Assembly (NCBI GenBank): GCA_033442325.1 | Contig: JAWQFM010000029.1 | Span: forward strand, 717,486-781,485 | Direction: 5' to 3' | From: Salpingoeca rosetta | Lineage: Eukaryota; Protista; Choanoflagellata | Length of the DNA stretch: 64,000 bases | Shown: positions 61,926 through 64,000 of the stretch, one piece after another | How the letters are laid out: the number at the start of each line of letters is the position of its first letter | Position numbering within the stretch: the stretch's first letter is position 1 | Notes under the pieces: generated by a model | What the model saw: the letters and a program-made list of their open reading frames with translations, nothing else | Database searches by the model: none | What the model was told of the DNA's origin: nothing | Made by a program: the position numbers and the translations under genes

Positions 61926-62482
61926 TGTGTGTGTCTGTGTCTGTGTCTGTGTCTGTGTTTGTCTGTGTCTGTGTCTGTGTTTGTCTGTGTCTGTGTCTAT
62001 GTGTGTCTGTGTGTCCGTGTCTGCGTCTGTGTTGGCATCCGTGTTGGCATCAGTGTCTGCGTGTGCACTCTGCGTTGATCAAGTCTGCAGCGATCTTCGG
62101 CGTTCCTAACCATCCCACTCCCATCTCACCCTCCCCGAAACCCACCACACATCACCGCCCATCGCCACGCATCGCCACCCACCAGTGCGTGCTGAACCTG
62201 AACTTGGCCATGTGCTACATCAAGCAGTCTGCATGGAAGAAAGCGCTTGCATCATGTGACGAGGCACTGGCCATCAACAAGGACAGCGCCAAGGGATGGT
62301 ACAGGAAGGCGCTTGTCCTGGAGAACATGAAGGACTATGACCAGGCCGTGAAGGTGGCAAAGGAAGGGGCGCGCATTGCACCGGAGGACGCTGCCATGGC
62401 CAAGCTGCTGCGGCGCGTGGAGGCGAAGAAGACAAAGGCAATGGAGCAGCAGAAGAAGCTCTTCTCCAAGATGTTCGCTTGA
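58760..62482 (+). CDS. Atypical Hsp70/Hsp110-type nucleotide-binding domain fused to a C-terminal immunophilin-type TPR domain
   Basis: [63 protein letters not shown], then [40 protein letters not shown]. Confidence 0.88.
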
Positions 62483-62536
62483 TTCTCGCGCGATGAACGC
62501 ACAATGAACGACGGGAGGTTAGGGGTCGTCGGGTAG

Positions 62537-62593
<57 letters not shown>

Positions 62594-62802
62594 GTCTGTG
62601 TGTGTGTGTCTGTGTTGGGTTGTGGGCTAGTCAGTGGTGATGTTAGGTGACGTGGATCGCTTGCTGTAGATCTGTGGCCCACTTGTCGTGATGGTCATCG
62701 AGAACTTTGGATCGGAGATGCCGCTTGTTCTGTTGTTTGGGTACACGCACGTACGTACATGAGAAGTGGCGTATGTTTGTGTTGCCTTGCTTTGTTCACC
62801 AG

Positions 62803-62992
62803 TCAGCCAACCAGTACACTTGCTGCTCTCAAGCGAATCGTTCTGTTTTGAGTACTACTGGTTGCGCCCTGCTGGTCCGCGCTGGTGCTGCTGCTGCTGC
62901 TAGTAGTGGTTGTGTCGGCGGGCTTGAAGTCGTCGTCCTTCTTCCGCTTGTCCTCATCCTAATGGTGTGCATGTATGTGTGTGTGTGTGTAT

Positions 62993-63056
<64 letters not shown>

Positions 63057-63426
63057 CTCGGGCCAACTCCCAGAGTGCACAAGAGCGAGCGAGAGAGAAG
63101 GAGCAAGTGTACATGTGCTGTTGGAGGCACGTGTGCATATGAAGGGCAAAGAGAGAGAAAGAGACAGAGAGGGAGAGAGAAACACAGGAGGACACCAAGC
63201 ACGCAGTGGTGCTTGCTTGATGGGATCAAATACAACAGCAAACAAACAAAGCAGCAAACAAACAAAGCAACAACCTCAACACAACATGAACGCAGCCTCA
63301 AGGACCGACAACACCAACACCAACAACCCACAACAACAAGGACACACGCCATGATCAAATCGAGAGATGAGATCGTACGGTCTCTGCGGCGAAGAGCCCA
63401 GAGATGGTCTCGGTGAGCCACTCCAT
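62803..63426 (-). CDS. Putative two-exon 67-aa microprotein ([16 protein letters not shown]|[11 protein letters not shown]...)
   Basis: ccaccATGg start context; exons 63379-63426 and 62803-62958 join in phase 0 across a GT-AG (CA)n-containing intron. Confidence 0.4.
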
Positions 63427-63506
63427 GGTGGTGTGTGTGTGTGTGCGTGTGTGTGTGTGTGTGTGTCTGTGTGTGTGTGTGTGTGTGTGTCTGTGTGTGT
63501 CTGTGT

Positions 63507-63538
<32 letters not shown>

Positions 63539-63644
63539 TAGCTTGTGCGGGAGCGCGTGGTGGGGGGTGTGAAGCTTTAGTTGTTGTTTTGTGGTCTTTC
63601 GTCTTGTTGTGGGGGCGAAAGCAAGCGGAAAAAAAAAAACAATG

Positions 63645-63696
63645 CGCGACCAACAGGATTCAAACCTGCGCGGGCAGAGCCCAGTTGATTTCGAGT
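63645..63696 (-). pseudogene. 3' half of tRNA-Ser(CGA) with poly-T tail
   Basis: ACTCGAAATCAACTGGGCTCTGCCCGCGCAGGTTTGAATCCTGTTGGTCGCG: anticodon loop, long variable arm, T arm, acceptor 3' strand; D arm absent. Confidence 0.75.
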
Positions 63697-63857
63697 AGTT
63701 GATGTGAGTAGTGTCAGCAGCACGGCACTGTGCCTGTGCCCACTGGGAACAGGGTGCTGAGTGTTGAGGTGAGAGTTGGCTAGTAGGAGGAGAGGAGGAG
63801 GACCACCTGGCCTTTTCAAGTTGGCGGTTGTTTTGAACAAGGAAAAAAAAAAAAATG

Positions 63858-63942
63858 CGCGACCAACGGGATTCCAACCTGCGCGGGCGAAGCCCAGTTG
63901 ATATTTCGAGTCAACCCGCCTTAACCTCTCGGCATTGATCCC
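63858..63942 (-). pseudogene. Degenerate full-length tRNA-Ser(CGA)
   Basis: GCCGAG.GGTTAAGGC D arm, CTCGAAA anticodon loop, Ser-type variable arm and downstream poly-T; but T loop reads TTGGAAT and there are small insertions and stem mismatches. Confidence 0.7.
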
Positions 63943-64000
63943 AGGTCGCCGAAGTGGTCGGTTCGTGGTCCTTAAAATGCGAGGTGGCTGCGTTTGTGCG

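Overview
Intron-rich eukaryotic genomic DNA with (CA)n/(GT)n-filled introns, GC-rich exons and five N gaps (856-1102, 25356-26027, 32871-32970, 41983-42636, 54304-54403). The style and gene content suggest a choanoflagellate such as Salpingoeca rosetta (inference). Most ORFs in the six-frame track are microsatellite artefacts, so I assembled genes exon by exon from splice signals and phase. The left third holds two tandem minus-strand paralogues, gene A (72-7616, running off the window) and gene B (8670-20769). They share an unusual architecture: Smad/NFI MH1-like zinc DNA-binding domain, Q-rich disordered region, C4 zinc ribbon, phage tail-spike Peptidase-G2-like intramolecular chaperone domain, coiled coil, then two FGF-like beta-trefoils. 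This is the main candidate for an undescribed system. The rest is mostly conserved genes: ZC3H3-like, SPEF2, an intronless orphan ORF, BUB3, 5'-incomplete BTBD19-like, a PLAC8-family gene, a UBE3C-like HECT ligase, an Hsp70/110-NBD-TPR fusion, a possible 67-aa microprotein and two degenerate tRNA-Ser(CGA) copies. Probable assembly artefacts at microsatellites include an orphan centrin exon, a duplicated SPEF2 promoter and missing BTBD19 5' exons. All domain calls are by-eye motif matches; no searches were run.
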